Positions 9,621 through 18,372 of a DNA stretch of 64,000 nucleotides are shown piece after piece. Position numbers and translations under genes: made by a program. Where the stretch lies: positions 103,577-167,576 of the forward strand of contig OZ219784.1 of assembly GCA_964291305.2 (NCBI GenBank). Reading direction: 5' to 3'. Positions within the stretch are counted from its first letter, which is position 1; the number at the start of each line of letters is the position of its first letter. The stretch comes from Acidimicrobiales bacterium. Its GTDB lineage: Bacteria; Actinomycetota; Acidimicrobiia; Acidimicrobiales; CATQHL01. The notes beneath the pieces were generated by a model. It made no database searches and was not told the origin of the DNA. It saw only the letters and a list, made by a program, of their open reading frames with translations.

Positions 9621-11336
9621 ATGAGCCCGCGGGTCGTCAGCCTGGACGACCCCAAAGCTCTCCAGGTCAGCGAAGTTGGAGCCAAAGCCGCCGGCTTGGC
9701 CCGGGCGCGGCGCGCTGGCTTGCCGGTGCTGGATGGGTTCGTCGTCACCCTGGCAGCCTCTGCTAAACCGCTACAGCAGGCTGCCGCCGAGCTTTCGGGA
9801 CGCGGCTCGGGTGCCGCCCGGATGGTGCTGCTGCGCAGCGAACTAGACGATTCACTAATAGATGAGATCGCCGCCGCAGCCGCGGAGCTAGCCGAACCGC
9901 TCATCGCCCGCTCCTCTAGCGCGCTGGAAGGGGAAGGCAAATGGGCGGGGGCGTTCGCCTCGCTGCCCGAACTGAAGCGGGCGGAGGTGCCGAAGGCGCT
10001 GCGCAGCGTTTGGTCGGCGATGTTCACCCTCGAAGCCCTGGAACGTTTCGAAGCCTCCGGCATTGAACCCGCCAGCGCACTCATGGGTGTGTTGCTGCAG
10101 ACCGAGCTGGCGCCAGACTGCGGCGGCGCAGCTACCGCCGACGAGATTGGCAGTGTCAGAGTCTCAGCGGTGAAAGGCTCGCCGCGCGACCTGCTGGCGG
10201 GCTGGGTGCCAGGCGTGCAGGCCACCGTGGGGCCCGACGGCAGCATCTCTGGCAGCGAAGCGCTGGACCAAATAGGTGCCGCCACCCTCAACCAGGTGGC
10301 AGACTTGGCCCGCCGGGCCGCCACCGAGCTGGGCTGCAACCTAGTGGAGTGGGCTGTCACCGGTGGCGCGGCCGTGCTGCTACAGGTACAGCGCACCGTC
10401 ACCCCGACTGCCAGCAGCCGGGTGGAGTTGCCTGCCGCTCTGGGACATCCCCAAGCGCGGCGGTTAGCCCGGCTGGCGATGACTTATCCAGGGGCCTTGG
10501 GTGAAGAGTTAGTGCTGGGCTGGGCGGCGGGTCCGACCGGAGCTAGCAATGCTGGGGCCATCGATGCGGGATCTGTAGGGGGCGGGCAGTGCTCGGGACA
10601 AGGGCTTAGAGATCTGCTGGCTAGAACTCGCTCGGTTTCTGCTGAGTTGACTTCTCTGGCTTGGGGGCGGCCAATCGAAGAGGCTGCGGCTCTGGCCCGG
10701 TCGGTGCTTCGACGGTTGCGAGGAGATCGACCCAACGAATCGATCGAAGCCTTGGGGGAACTCGCGGCACCAGATGCAGCTATGGCTGCCGAAGTGTTGG
10801 AGAGCATCAGTCGGTTGGGGGTTGCTTTGGGCGATCCGCACGGTGTCTGGTATCACTCCGCTGATGAGTTGGCCGAAATACTGGCTGGTGACGCCGCTAG
10901 AGAGCGGGGCCGGGTGGGGCGAGACCGCTGGGAGCCGTTCCTGGCTGGAGTGGCAGCACTGGCGGGCGAGGCGCTGAGCGGGATCGGGGCCTCCGGGGGC
11001 ATCGGGGCCGGTCGACTGGTCTGGGTACCGAGCCCCACGGCAGTTGACCACGTGCGCCCACGGGACGTGATCTTGGTGCAGTACCCGCTGGCTAACTTCG
11101 CTCCCCTGCTGTGGGACGCCGCCGGACTTGTAGCGCTTGGCGGCGCACCCTCGGCCCACCTCATGGAAGTAGCCCGCTCCCTAGCGGTGCCCGCCGTCGT
11201 GAGCTGCCCGATCGATGACCTTGTCGAACTAAAGTCGGCCAGCCAGAAAGTCGGCGCAACTCACGAAACCCAGCGTGCGCTTCACCTCGCAACCGTCGAT
11301 GGGGATGAGGGCCGCGTGGCAGTGCTGGAGCTTTGA
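9621..11336 (+). CDS. PEP-utilising enzyme family protein (PPDK-N-like ATP-grasp domain plus mobile phosphohistidine domain)
   Basis: 571-aa ORF. N-terminus VGAKAAGLARARRAGLPVLDGFVV resembles the PEP/pyruvate-binding domain. C-terminus DVILVQYP...LVALGGAPSAHLMEVARSLAVPAVV resembles the swivelling His domain. Confidence 0.65.
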   Translation: MSPRVVSLDDPKALQVSEVGAKAAGLARARRAGLPVLDGFVVTLAASAKPLQQAAAELSGRGSGAARMVLLRSELDDSLIDEIAAAAAELAEPLIARSSSALEGEGKWAGAFASLPELKRAEVPKALRSVWSAMFTLEALERFEASGIEPASALMGVLLQTELAPDCGGAATADEIGSVRVSAVKGSPRDLLAGWVPGVQATVGPDGSISGSEALDQIGAATLNQVADLARRAATELGCNLVEWAVTGGAAVLLQVQRTVTPTASSRVELPAALGHPQARRLARLAMTYPGALGEELVLGWAAGPTGASNAGAIDAGSVGGGQCSGQGLRDLLARTRSVSAELTSLAWGRPIEEAAALARSVLRRLRGDRPNESIEALGELAAPDAAMAAEVLESISRLGVALGDPHGVWYHSADELAEILAGDAARERGRVGRDRWEPFLAGVAALAGEALSGIGASGGIGAGRLVWVPSPTAVDHVRPRDVILVQYPLANFAPLLWDAAGLVALGGAPSAHLMEVARSLAVPAVVSCPIDDLVELKSASQKVGATHETQRALHLATVDGDEGRVAVLEL

Positions 11337-12253
11337 TGAGCACCCTAAGCACCGACGGTCGTCCTCGTGTTATTCCCCGCGTCGGGGTAATCGGCGTCGG
11401 CGTTATGGGCGCAGCCATGTCCGATCACCTGGTAAACGCCGGCTTCGAGGTTTGCGGCTACGACGTAGACCCTTCGAAGTTAGAAGACGTGGCGGCCACC
11501 GGGGTTGGCTCGGTCGCTGAAATCGCCGCCCGCAGCGACGTAGTGCTGCTTTCGCTGCCCTCGTCGGAGGCTCTGGAGACCGTGTCAGCGGAGCTAGCCG
11601 CAGCACGGCCAAGCGGAGTCGTGGCTGTCGAGATGGGCACGCTGCCCCTCGAGGCGAAGCAGCGGGCCTACGAGCGCCTGACCGCGGTGGGCTGTGACCT
11701 GCTAGACGCCCCCGTGAGTGGCACCGGCCTACAGGCTGCCGACGCCACGCTGGTCATCTACAGCAGCGGCAACCGCGCTAGCTTCCAGCGAGCGCGGCCG
11801 ATATTCGAGGTGATCGGCCGCCGCTGCTACGACCTAGGGGCCTTCGGCAACGGCAGTCGGATGAAGTTCGTGGCCAACCTGCTAGTGGCAGTGCACACCC
11901 TCGCAGCAGCCGAGGCGCACGCCCTCGCAGCAGCAGCCGGGCTGAGTGCCGAAGTCACCCAAGAGGTGATCTCAGCCGGCGTGGGCACCTCGTCGATGTT
12001 CGACATCCGCGGCCCGATGATGGCAGCGGACAACTTCCGCCCGCCGTCGGCCCGCCTGGCGATCATTCACAAGGACGCCGACATCATTGCTGACTTCGCC
12101 CGCGGGGCCGGCGCCGAGACGCCTCTGCTGGACGCCGCCCTGCCGCTGTATCGGCGCGGCCTTGAGGCTGGCCTCGGCGACCTGGATGCGGCCGCACTGC
12201 GTCGCTTGTTCCCGCCAACCCCGCAGGAACGGGAACCCCTAACGTCCCCTTAG
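11336..12253 (+). CDS. NAD(P)-dependent 3-hydroxyisobutyrate/6-phosphogluconate dehydrogenase-family oxidoreductase
   Basis: Rossmann motif VGVIGVGVMGAAMSDHL. ATG 11336 shares 1 nt (A at 11336) with the upstream stop codon TGA 11334-11336; the track start is TTG 11333. Confidence 0.8.
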   Translation: MSTLSTDGRPRVIPRVGVIGVGVMGAAMSDHLVNAGFEVCGYDVDPSKLEDVAATGVGSVAEIAARSDVVLLSLPSSEALETVSAELAAARPSGVVAVEMGTLPLEAKQRAYERLTAVGCDLLDAPVSGTGLQAADATLVIYSSGNRASFQRARPIFEVIGRRCYDLGAFGNGSRMKFVANLLVAVHTLAAAEAHALAAAAGLSAEVTQEVISAGVGTSSMFDIRGPMMAADNFRPPSARLAIIHKDADIIADFARGAGAETPLLDAALPLYRRGLEAGLGDLDAAALRRLFPPTPQEREPLTSP

Positions 12254-12289
12254 AAGGCGCCAATAGAGCGCCCAAACAGCCCAACAGCG

Positions 12290-12357
12290 CCCCACCAGCC
12301 CAAATAGCCACCAACCCAAATAGGCCCCACCAGCCCAAATAGCCACCAACCCAAATA
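12290..12357 (+). repeat. Perfect 33-bp direct repeat x2 (35-bp period) in a G/T-poor leader
   Basis: ccccaccagcccaaatagccaccaacccaaata at 12290-12322 and 12325-12357. It lies immediately 5' of the RBS aaaggag and ATG 12371. Confidence 0.9.
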
Positions 12358-12370
12358 AAAGGAGAACCGC

Positions 12371-13330
12371 ATGACTATCCCCCGCAAGGTGCTGAGCACC
12401 GACCTGCTAGAGGAGTACTGCACCCGGTTCTGTAACTGGGGCCGCTGGGGAGACGAAGACGAGGTCGGCACCCTCAACTTCATCACCCCGGAGAAAATCA
12501 TCGGTTCGGCTTCGCTGGTGCGCTCTGGCAAGGTGTTCTCGCTGGAGTTACCGCTGGACAGCAACGGACCCCAGACCGGGGCCTTCGGCCGGGTCAACCC
12601 AGTGCATCAGATGGTTGCAACCGGCACTGACCACATCCTTGGGCGCCAGGACTGGCCGCTGGAGTGGGGCGTGGCCGACGACTCGCTGTTCCTGTTCCTG
12701 CAGGGTGGCACGCAGTGGGACGCCCTGGCGCACATCTTCCACAAGGGGAAGATGTACAACGGTTTCGACGCCAGCTTGGTGCACGCCAAGGGCGCTGATC
12801 GCAACGGCATCCAGAACCAGAAGACGGTGGTTTCCCGCGGCGTGCTGCTAGACGTGCCCCGGGCGCTGGGGCGGGAGCACCTGGAGCCGGGGGAGCCAAT
12901 TGACGGCGACCTGCTGGATGAGACCTGCACCCACCACGGCGTACAGGTCGGCACCGGTGACATCGTGCTGATCCGCACCGGCGACATGCAGCGCCGCCGG
13001 CACCTGCCGGGCTGGGACGGCTACTCCGCTGGCGACTCCCCAGGGCTGTCGCTGCTGTCGGCCCCGTGGCTGGCCGAGCGAGAAATCGCCGCCGTGGCTA
13101 CCGACACCTGGGGAGCCGAAGTGCGCCCCAACGAGATCCCCGACAGCTTCCAGCCGCTGCACCTAGTGATGGTGGTGAACATGGGCCTCTTCGTGGGCGA
13201 GATCTGGTACCTGGACGAGCTGGCAGAGGATTGCGCCGCCGACGGCGTGTACGAGTTTCAGCTGGTGGCGCCGCCGCTGGTCATCCCTCGAGCTGTCGGA
13301 TCGCCGCTCAACCCCCAGGCCATCAAATAA
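12371..13330 (+). CDS. Putative cyclase / arylformamidase family protein
   Basis: 319-aa [21 protein letters not shown] and [13 protein letters not shown] resemble the PF04199-type cyclase/kynurenine formamidase family. Confidence 0.7.
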   Translation: MTIPRKVLSTDLLEEYCTRFCNWGRWGDEDEVGTLNFITPEKIIGSASLVRSGKVFSLELPLDSNGPQTGAFGRVNPVHQMVATGTDHILGRQDWPLEWGVADDSLFLFLQGGTQWDALAHIFHKGKMYNGFDASLVHAKGADRNGIQNQKTVVSRGVLLDVPRALGREHLEPGEPIDGDLLDETCTHHGVQVGTGDIVLIRTGDMQRRRHLPGWDGYSAGDSPGLSLLSAPWLAEREIAAVATDTWGAEVRPNEIPDSFQPLHLVMVVNMGLFVGEIWYLDELAEDCAADGVYEFQLVAPPLVIPRAVGSPLNPQAIK

Positions 13331-13379
13331 CCCACCTGAGATAAATAGCCCACCGAGGACCCTTGCCAGGGAGGTCACC

Positions 13380-14297
13380 GTGAGCATCCAAGGGCGCCTG
13401 CCAGCAGACGTGCCGATCGGCTGGATCGGCACCGGAGTCATGGGTGCCTCCATGTGCGGGCACCTCATGAGCGCTGGCCACCCCGCAGCCGTCCACACCC
13501 GCACCCGCGCCAAGGCCGCCGGGCTGCTAGAGCAGGGCGCGACATGGGCCGACTCGCCACGCCAGGTAGCCGAGGCAACCGGCGTGATCTTCAGCATCGT
13601 GGGCTACCCGGCTGACGTGCGGGAGGTGATCTTGGGCCCCGACGGCGTGTTGGCCGGCTGTCGCGGCGGCGAGGTAATCGTGGACATGACCACCAGCGAA
13701 CCTTCCCTGGCAGTCGAGATAGCCGAGGCGGCCGCGGCTCGGGGTGTAGCGGCGGTGGACGCTCCCGTATCGGGGGGCGATGTGGGTGCCCGCGGCGGCA
13801 CCCTTTCGATCATGATCGGGGGCGACGCCGAGGTGGTGACCTCCCTAGCGCCCTTCTGGGATGCCATGGGGCGCACCTGGGTACACCAGGGCGGCCCCGG
13901 CGCCGGCCAGCACACCAAGATGGTGAACCAGACGCTCATAGCCGCCGGCATGATCAGCGTATGTGAGGGCCTGCTCTACGCCTGGCGGGCCGGGCTAAAC
14001 CTAGAACAGGTCATGGAGTCGGTAGCCAGCGGCGCGGCGGGCAGCTGGTCGCTCTCCAACCTGGGCACCCGCATGATCGCCGGCAACTTCGACCCGGGCT
14101 TCTTCGTTGAGCATTTCGTAAAAGACATGGGCATCGCCCTCGCTGAGGCCGACCGCATGGGCCTCGAGCTGCCGGGCCTGCGGCTAGCCCGGGAACTCTA
14201 CGGCCAACTGATAGCCGCCGATCGGGGTCGCCTCGGCACTCAATCCCTGATTCTGGCCCTCGCCGAACTCTCGGGGCTGGACTGGGCTAAGCGCTGA
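13380..14297 (+). CDS. NAD(P)-dependent 3-hydroxyisobutyrate dehydrogenase-family oxidoreductase
   Basis: 305-aa ORF with GTG start and Rossmann motif [17 protein letters not shown]. Paralogue of 11336..12253. Confidence 0.8.
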   Translation: MSIQGRLPADVPIGWIGTGVMGASMCGHLMSAGHPAAVHTRTRAKAAGLLEQGATWADSPRQVAEATGVIFSIVGYPADVREVILGPDGVLAGCRGGEVIVDMTTSEPSLAVEIAEAAAARGVAAVDAPVSGGDVGARGGTLSIMIGGDAEVVTSLAPFWDAMGRTWVHQGGPGAGQHTKMVNQTLIAAGMISVCEGLLYAWRAGLNLEQVMESVASGAAGSWSLSNLGTRMIAGNFDPGFFVEHFVKDMGIALAEADRMGLELPGLRLARELYGQLIAADRGRLGTQSLILALAELSGLDWAKR

Positions 14298-14309
14298 GGC
14301 TCTGTCCGG

Positions 14310-14450
14310 CCTAGACTGGCCCCCGGTCCGGGGACGAAGTCCGGTTGGAATCCGGCACTGTCCCGCAACGGTGAAGCGATGCCTGTCGCTTGGGGAAGTT
14401 CCCCAGCTTCGAACCATCGCTGAGTCCGGTCGAATCCCGGCCCGAGCAAA
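14310..14450 (+). promoter_or_regulatory. Cobalamin (B12) riboswitch
   Basis: GGGACGAAGTCCGGTTGGAATCCGGCACTGTCCCGCAACGGTGAAGCG fits the conserved core GGGAA..GGTG..AATCC..CCCGC..AC.GT. A B12-box-like GAGTCCGGTCGAATCCCGGCC follows. It lies directly 5' of a BtuF-type gene. Boundaries are approximate. Confidence 0.65.
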
Positions 14451-14535
14451 CCACAACACCCTCGAGGATCAGGGTTGGTTTGGCCGGCAGCCTCTGTCGA
14501 TCGAGCTTCTGTCCTCGACCGACAGGAGGTACCCG

Positions 14536-15729
14536 ATGCTCAAACAGCGCTCCGTTGTATTTCTCGCTTGGATTCTGGCGCTTGCCGGCTTGCTAGCCGT
14601 CAGCTGCGGCAGCGACAACACATCTGACGCTACGGCTCCGGCTCCGCCACCGGTGGCCGAGCCCGCGCCAGCACCATCGGAAGTGGATCCGCCCCCGGCA
14701 CCGCCAGAACAACCCAGGGAGGAGGCCAGCCCCACGACGGCAACCGTCGAAGAACCCCCAGCAGCCTCCTCAGCTACGACGTCTTCGCCCACGACAACTG
14801 CGCCCACGACAACTGCGCCTACGACAACTGTCGCGGTCGCGCCCGAACCGCCGAGCACCACTAGCACGACCGTTGCCACAGCGGAAGAAGAACCAGCCGG
14901 TCTGGATGCTAGGTTCCCCGTCACGATCGACTCCGACGCCGGTACCTGGATGCTGGAGCAGGCACCACAGCGCATCGTTTCCCTGTCGCCGACTGCCACC
15001 GAGACCCTTTTCGCTGTCGGTGCGGGGCCGCAAGTAGTAGCTGCCGATAGTTGGTCAACTTTCCCCCCAGAGGCTCCGACCACCGACCTCTCGGCATTCA
15101 ACCCAAACGTTGAAGCCATAACCACATACGACCCCGACCTTGTGGTGATCTCCTACGACACAAACGACCTAGTTGCCAGCCTGACCGCACTGGAAATACC
15201 GGTACTGATGAGCACAAATCCAGCTGACATCGAGGGTGGTTACACCACTATGACCCAGCTCGCTACAGCCACCGGCCACGTCGAAGGAGCCCAGGAAGTT
15301 ATCGAGTCGATGCGTACCGCCATAACCGAAACCCTGGCAAGCGCCCCCGATATCCAGATCCGCGTGTACCACGAACTCGACAATACGTACTACTCGGCAA
15401 GCTCTAACGGCTTCGTGGGTTCGGTCTATTCCACGCTCGGCGTTATCAACATCGCCGATGAAGCAGACGTCAACGGCTCGGGATTCCCCCAGCTCACCGA
15501 GGAGTACATCATCGAGGCGGACCCGCAGCTGATCGTGATTACCGACCAGACGGGTTACACCGCTGAGGATGTTGCCGCCCGTCCCGGTTGGGATTCGATC
15601 AGCGCAGTGCGTGAGGGCAACATCCTCATGGTCAACGCCGACATTGCCTCGCGCTGGGGCCCTCGTCTTCCCCAGTTCCTCAGCGCCGTGACAGAGGCTC
15701 TGACAGAAATCGCTGCTACGGCCCCCTAA
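14536..15729 (+). CDS. BtuF/FhuD-type periplasmic-binding lipoprotein (cobalamin/siderophore ABC importer)
   Basis: Track ORF 14371..15729 overlaps the riboswitch. In-frame ATG 14536 follows RBS gacaggagg and gives signal peptide MLKQRSVVFLAWILALAGLLAVSCGS (lipobox-like). A long P/T/A-rich linker precedes RIVSLSPTATETLFAVGAG. Confidence 0.8.
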   Translation: MLKQRSVVFLAWILALAGLLAVSCGSDNTSDATAPAPPPVAEPAPAPSEVDPPPAPPEQPREEASPTTATVEEPPAASSATTSSPTTTAPTTTAPTTTVAVAPEPPSTTSTTVATAEEEPAGLDARFPVTIDSDAGTWMLEQAPQRIVSLSPTATETLFAVGAGPQVVAADSWSTFPPEAPTTDLSAFNPNVEAITTYDPDLVVISYDTNDLVASLTALEIPVLMSTNPADIEGGYTTMTQLATATGHVEGAQEVIESMRTAITETLASAPDIQIRVYHELDNTYYSASSNGFVGSVYSTLGVINIADEADVNGSGFPQLTEEYIIEADPQLIVITDQTGYTAEDVAARPGWDSISAVREGNILMVNADIASRWGPRLPQFLSAVTEALTEIAATAP

Positions 15730-15763
15730 GCCGAGCCAGAACCGACAAGCACTGATACTAGCT

Positions 15764-16843
15764 ATGGCCGCACCGCCGGAACGTGCCGCGGCCGAAACGG
15801 CGGCACTGCGGGCATTCCGCTTGCCGCCGTTGGCGGCGGCAGTGGCTCTTGTAGTTGTTGCGGGCGTGGCGTTGCTTAGTGCGACGCGAGGCGCCGCCGG
15901 ACTGGGATTCACCGACGTGCTAGCGGCCATAGCGGATCGGCTGCCGCTAGTCGAGTTGGATTCGGGGCTGAGCAGCCGCCAGGAGGGCATTCTGTTCCAG
16001 ATTCGCCTGCCCCGGTTGGTGCTGGGAATGTTAGTGGGCGGGGCTTTAGCCATGGCCGGAGCCGCATATCAGGGCGTGTTCCGCAATCCCCTCGCAGACC
16101 CATACCTACTGGGCATCTCCGCCGGGGCGGGGTTCGGCGCCGTGCTAGCGATCGGGTTCGGCCTCGACTTGGGCCTGGGACCGTTCGACGCCGTGGCAGC
16201 GGCGGCGTTCGTCGGGGCGATAGTGGCGGTTACGGCCTCAGCCACCATCGCCCGGGGCGCCTGGCGCTCGACTGCCACGCTGCTACTGGCCGGCATCGCT
16301 ATGGCTTCCCTTTTCTCTGCCGCCCAGACCTACGCCTTGAGCCAGCTGAACGAGGCGCTCACCCGCGAGGTGATTTCATGGCTGTTCGGCCGGCTGAACA
16401 CCAGTGGCTGGGGGGAAGTAGGGATCCTGGGGCCTTACGTGATCGTCTGCGGGCTTGTCCTGCTGTTGCACCGCCGCCATCTGGATGTGCTGCGGGTGGG
16501 CGACGACGAGGCCCGCTCTCTGGGAATAAACCCAACTCGACTGCGGCTGGTGGTTATCCTCGCCGCCTCGCTGCTGACAGCCGCGGCGGTGTCGGTCAGC
16601 GGTCTAATAGGTTTTGTGGGCCTTGTCGTGCCCCATGTCGTCCGGCTGCTGGTGAGCCATAGTTACCGCGTCATCGTGCCACTCTCGGCGCTTGGCGGAG
16701 CGGCCTTTCTGGCGTTGGTGGACACCGGAGCCCGCACGCTCACCGCCCCCGCCGAACTGCCGGTCGGGGTAATCACCGCGTTAGTGGGCGCCCCGTTCTT
16801 CGTGCTGGTGCTGTGGCGCGCCTCCCGCAAGGTGCTGGCATGA
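15764..16843 (+). CDS. FecCD/BtuC-family ABC importer permease
   Basis: 359-aa polytopic membrane ORF. ILFQIRLPRLVLGMLVGGALAMAGAAYQGVFRNPLADPYLLGIS is typical of FecCD permeases. Confidence 0.85.
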   Translation: MAAPPERAAAETAALRAFRLPPLAAAVALVVVAGVALLSATRGAAGLGFTDVLAAIADRLPLVELDSGLSSRQEGILFQIRLPRLVLGMLVGGALAMAGAAYQGVFRNPLADPYLLGISAGAGFGAVLAIGFGLDLGLGPFDAVAAAAFVGAIVAVTASATIARGAWRSTATLLLAGIAMASLFSAAQTYALSQLNEALTREVISWLFGRLNTSGWGEVGILGPYVIVCGLVLLLHRRHLDVLRVGDDEARSLGINPTRLRLVVILAASLLTAAAVSVSGLIGFVGLVVPHVVRLLVSHSYRVIVPLSALGGAAFLALVDTGARTLTAPAELPVGVITALVGAPFFVLVLWRASRKVLA

Positions 16844-18261
16844 CGGCAGGCACAGCTCATCTTCCGCCTTCAAGCGGCGATGCACTAACAGAGCTGGACT
16901 CAGCTGCCGAATCGCTCACCTGTCGGCAGATACGGGTGTCGTTCGGCGAGATCGAGGCACTGCGCGGGGTAGACCTGCGGCTGAGCAGCGGAGAGTGGCT
17001 TGGCCTGATCGGACCGAACGGCGCCGGCAAGTCCACGCTGCTGCGCGCAATCGCTGGCCTGGTGGACTACGAAGGCAGCGTCTCTCTGGGCTGTGGCCGG
17101 CGGCTTGGCGGCCAAGATGTGGCCCTAGTGCCGCAGAACCCAACACTGCCCGAAGGCATGACTGTGGCCGAGTACGCCCTGCTGGGTCGAAGCCCCCACC
17201 TGGGTTGGCTGGAGGTGGAGTCGCGCCGTGACCGCCGCATAGTAGCCACGGCGTTGGAGCGGCTGAACCTGCAGCGGTTCGCCGACCGCCCCGTGACTCA
17301 CCTTTCCGGTGGCGAAATCCAGCGCGTCACGTTAGCGCGAGCGCTCGTCCAGCAGGCCCCGATCCTGCTCTTAGACGAGCCGACAAGCTCGCTAGATCTA
17401 GGCCACCGAGATTCTGTACTGGAGTTGATAGACAAACTGCGTCGCAACGTCGGAGTCTCAGTGATCGCCGCCATGCACGACCTCAGCACGGCTGCTCGCT
17501 TTGCCGACCGTTTGGCGCTAATCCACCGGGGGCGCATCGTGGCCGACGGCCCGCCGCAGAGCGTCCTGCAACCCAGCAGACTCTCTGCGGTCTACGCCAC
17601 GCCGCTAAACGTCCACACCATCGACGGCGAAATAGTCGTCTTGCCCACTGCCCGAACCGACCCGAACCAACAGGAGCACCCGACCATGACAACCGACCAA
17701 GCACCCCTTACCGAACGACCCTACGAGCGAGGTGAGTTGCGCTCGGCACCCTCGCTGGTGCTGGTCAACACCGGCGAGGGGAAAGGTAAGTCCACGGCGG
17801 CGTTCGGCACGGTTTTGCGGGCCGTGGCTTTGGGCTGGCCGACCGCAGTGGTTCAGTTCCTCAAGAGCGGAGATTGGAATACCGGCGAAGAGAAAGTATG
17901 TCGCAGCCTGGGCGTGGAGTGGTCCTCAGCAGGCGACGGCTTCACCTGGGAATCCGAGGACCTGGACGAGACCCAAGCTAAAGCAGTAGCCGCCTGGCAG
18001 TTCTCTGCCGAGTTGATAGCGGCGGGCAATCACCGGCTAGTGGTGCTAGACGAGATCAGCTACGCCATGACCTGGGGTTGGATCGCCGCCGCCGAAGTAG
18101 CCGCAGCGCTGGCTGGCCGCCCAGAGCAGGTCAACGTAATCCTGACAGGGCGGGACATGGCCGCAGAAATAGTCGAAGTGGCCGACACCGTTAGCGAGAT
18201 GGTGAGCGTGAAACATGCCTTCGACCGCGGTATTCGGGCCAAGAAGGGAATCGACTACTAG
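16840..18261 (+). CDS. Fusion protein: ABC importer ATPase (BtuD/FepC-like) + cob(I)alamin adenosyltransferase (CobO/BtuR)
   Basis: ATG 16840 forms an ATGA overlap with the permease stop. Walker A GPNGAGKST, signature LSGGEIQR, Walker B LLLDEPTS. With no intervening stop, a CobO domain follows: LVLVNTGEGKGKSTAAFG...VVLDEISYAM...VKHAFDRGIRAKKGIDY. An internal ATG sits at 17686. Confidence 0.8.
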   Translation: MTAGTAHLPPSSGDALTELDSAAESLTCRQIRVSFGEIEALRGVDLRLSSGEWLGLIGPNGAGKSTLLRAIAGLVDYEGSVSLGCGRRLGGQDVALVPQNPTLPEGMTVAEYALLGRSPHLGWLEVESRRDRRIVATALERLNLQRFADRPVTHLSGGEIQRVTLARALVQQAPILLLDEPTSSLDLGHRDSVLELIDKLRRNVGVSVIAAMHDLSTAARFADRLALIHRGRIVADGPPQSVLQPSRLSAVYATPLNVHTIDGEIVVLPTARTDPNQQEHPTMTTDQAPLTERPYERGELRSAPSLVLVNTGEGKGKSTAAFGTVLRAVALGWPTAVVQFLKSGDWNTGEEKVCRSLGVEWSSAGDGFTWESEDLDETQAKAVAAWQFSAELIAAGNHRLVVLDEISYAMTWGWIAAAEVAAALAGRPEQVNVILTGRDMAAEIVEVADTVSEMVSVKHAFDRGIRAKKGIDY

Positions 18262-18372
18262 TGACTACTAATTCTGCGTAAATTCTCGTAATTTTCGGCT
18301 GTCATAGCCCTGGGGTATGGTGCCTTTCGGCAGTTGCCAAACCGACCACCGACCGCAGACGGAGGGAGCTAG

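Noticed and set aside
14371-14535. N-terminal 55 codons of the long ORF 14371..15729
   Set aside because: They overlap the cobalamin riboswitch aptamer. A signal peptide with a lipobox-like motif and an RBS appear only at ATG 14536.
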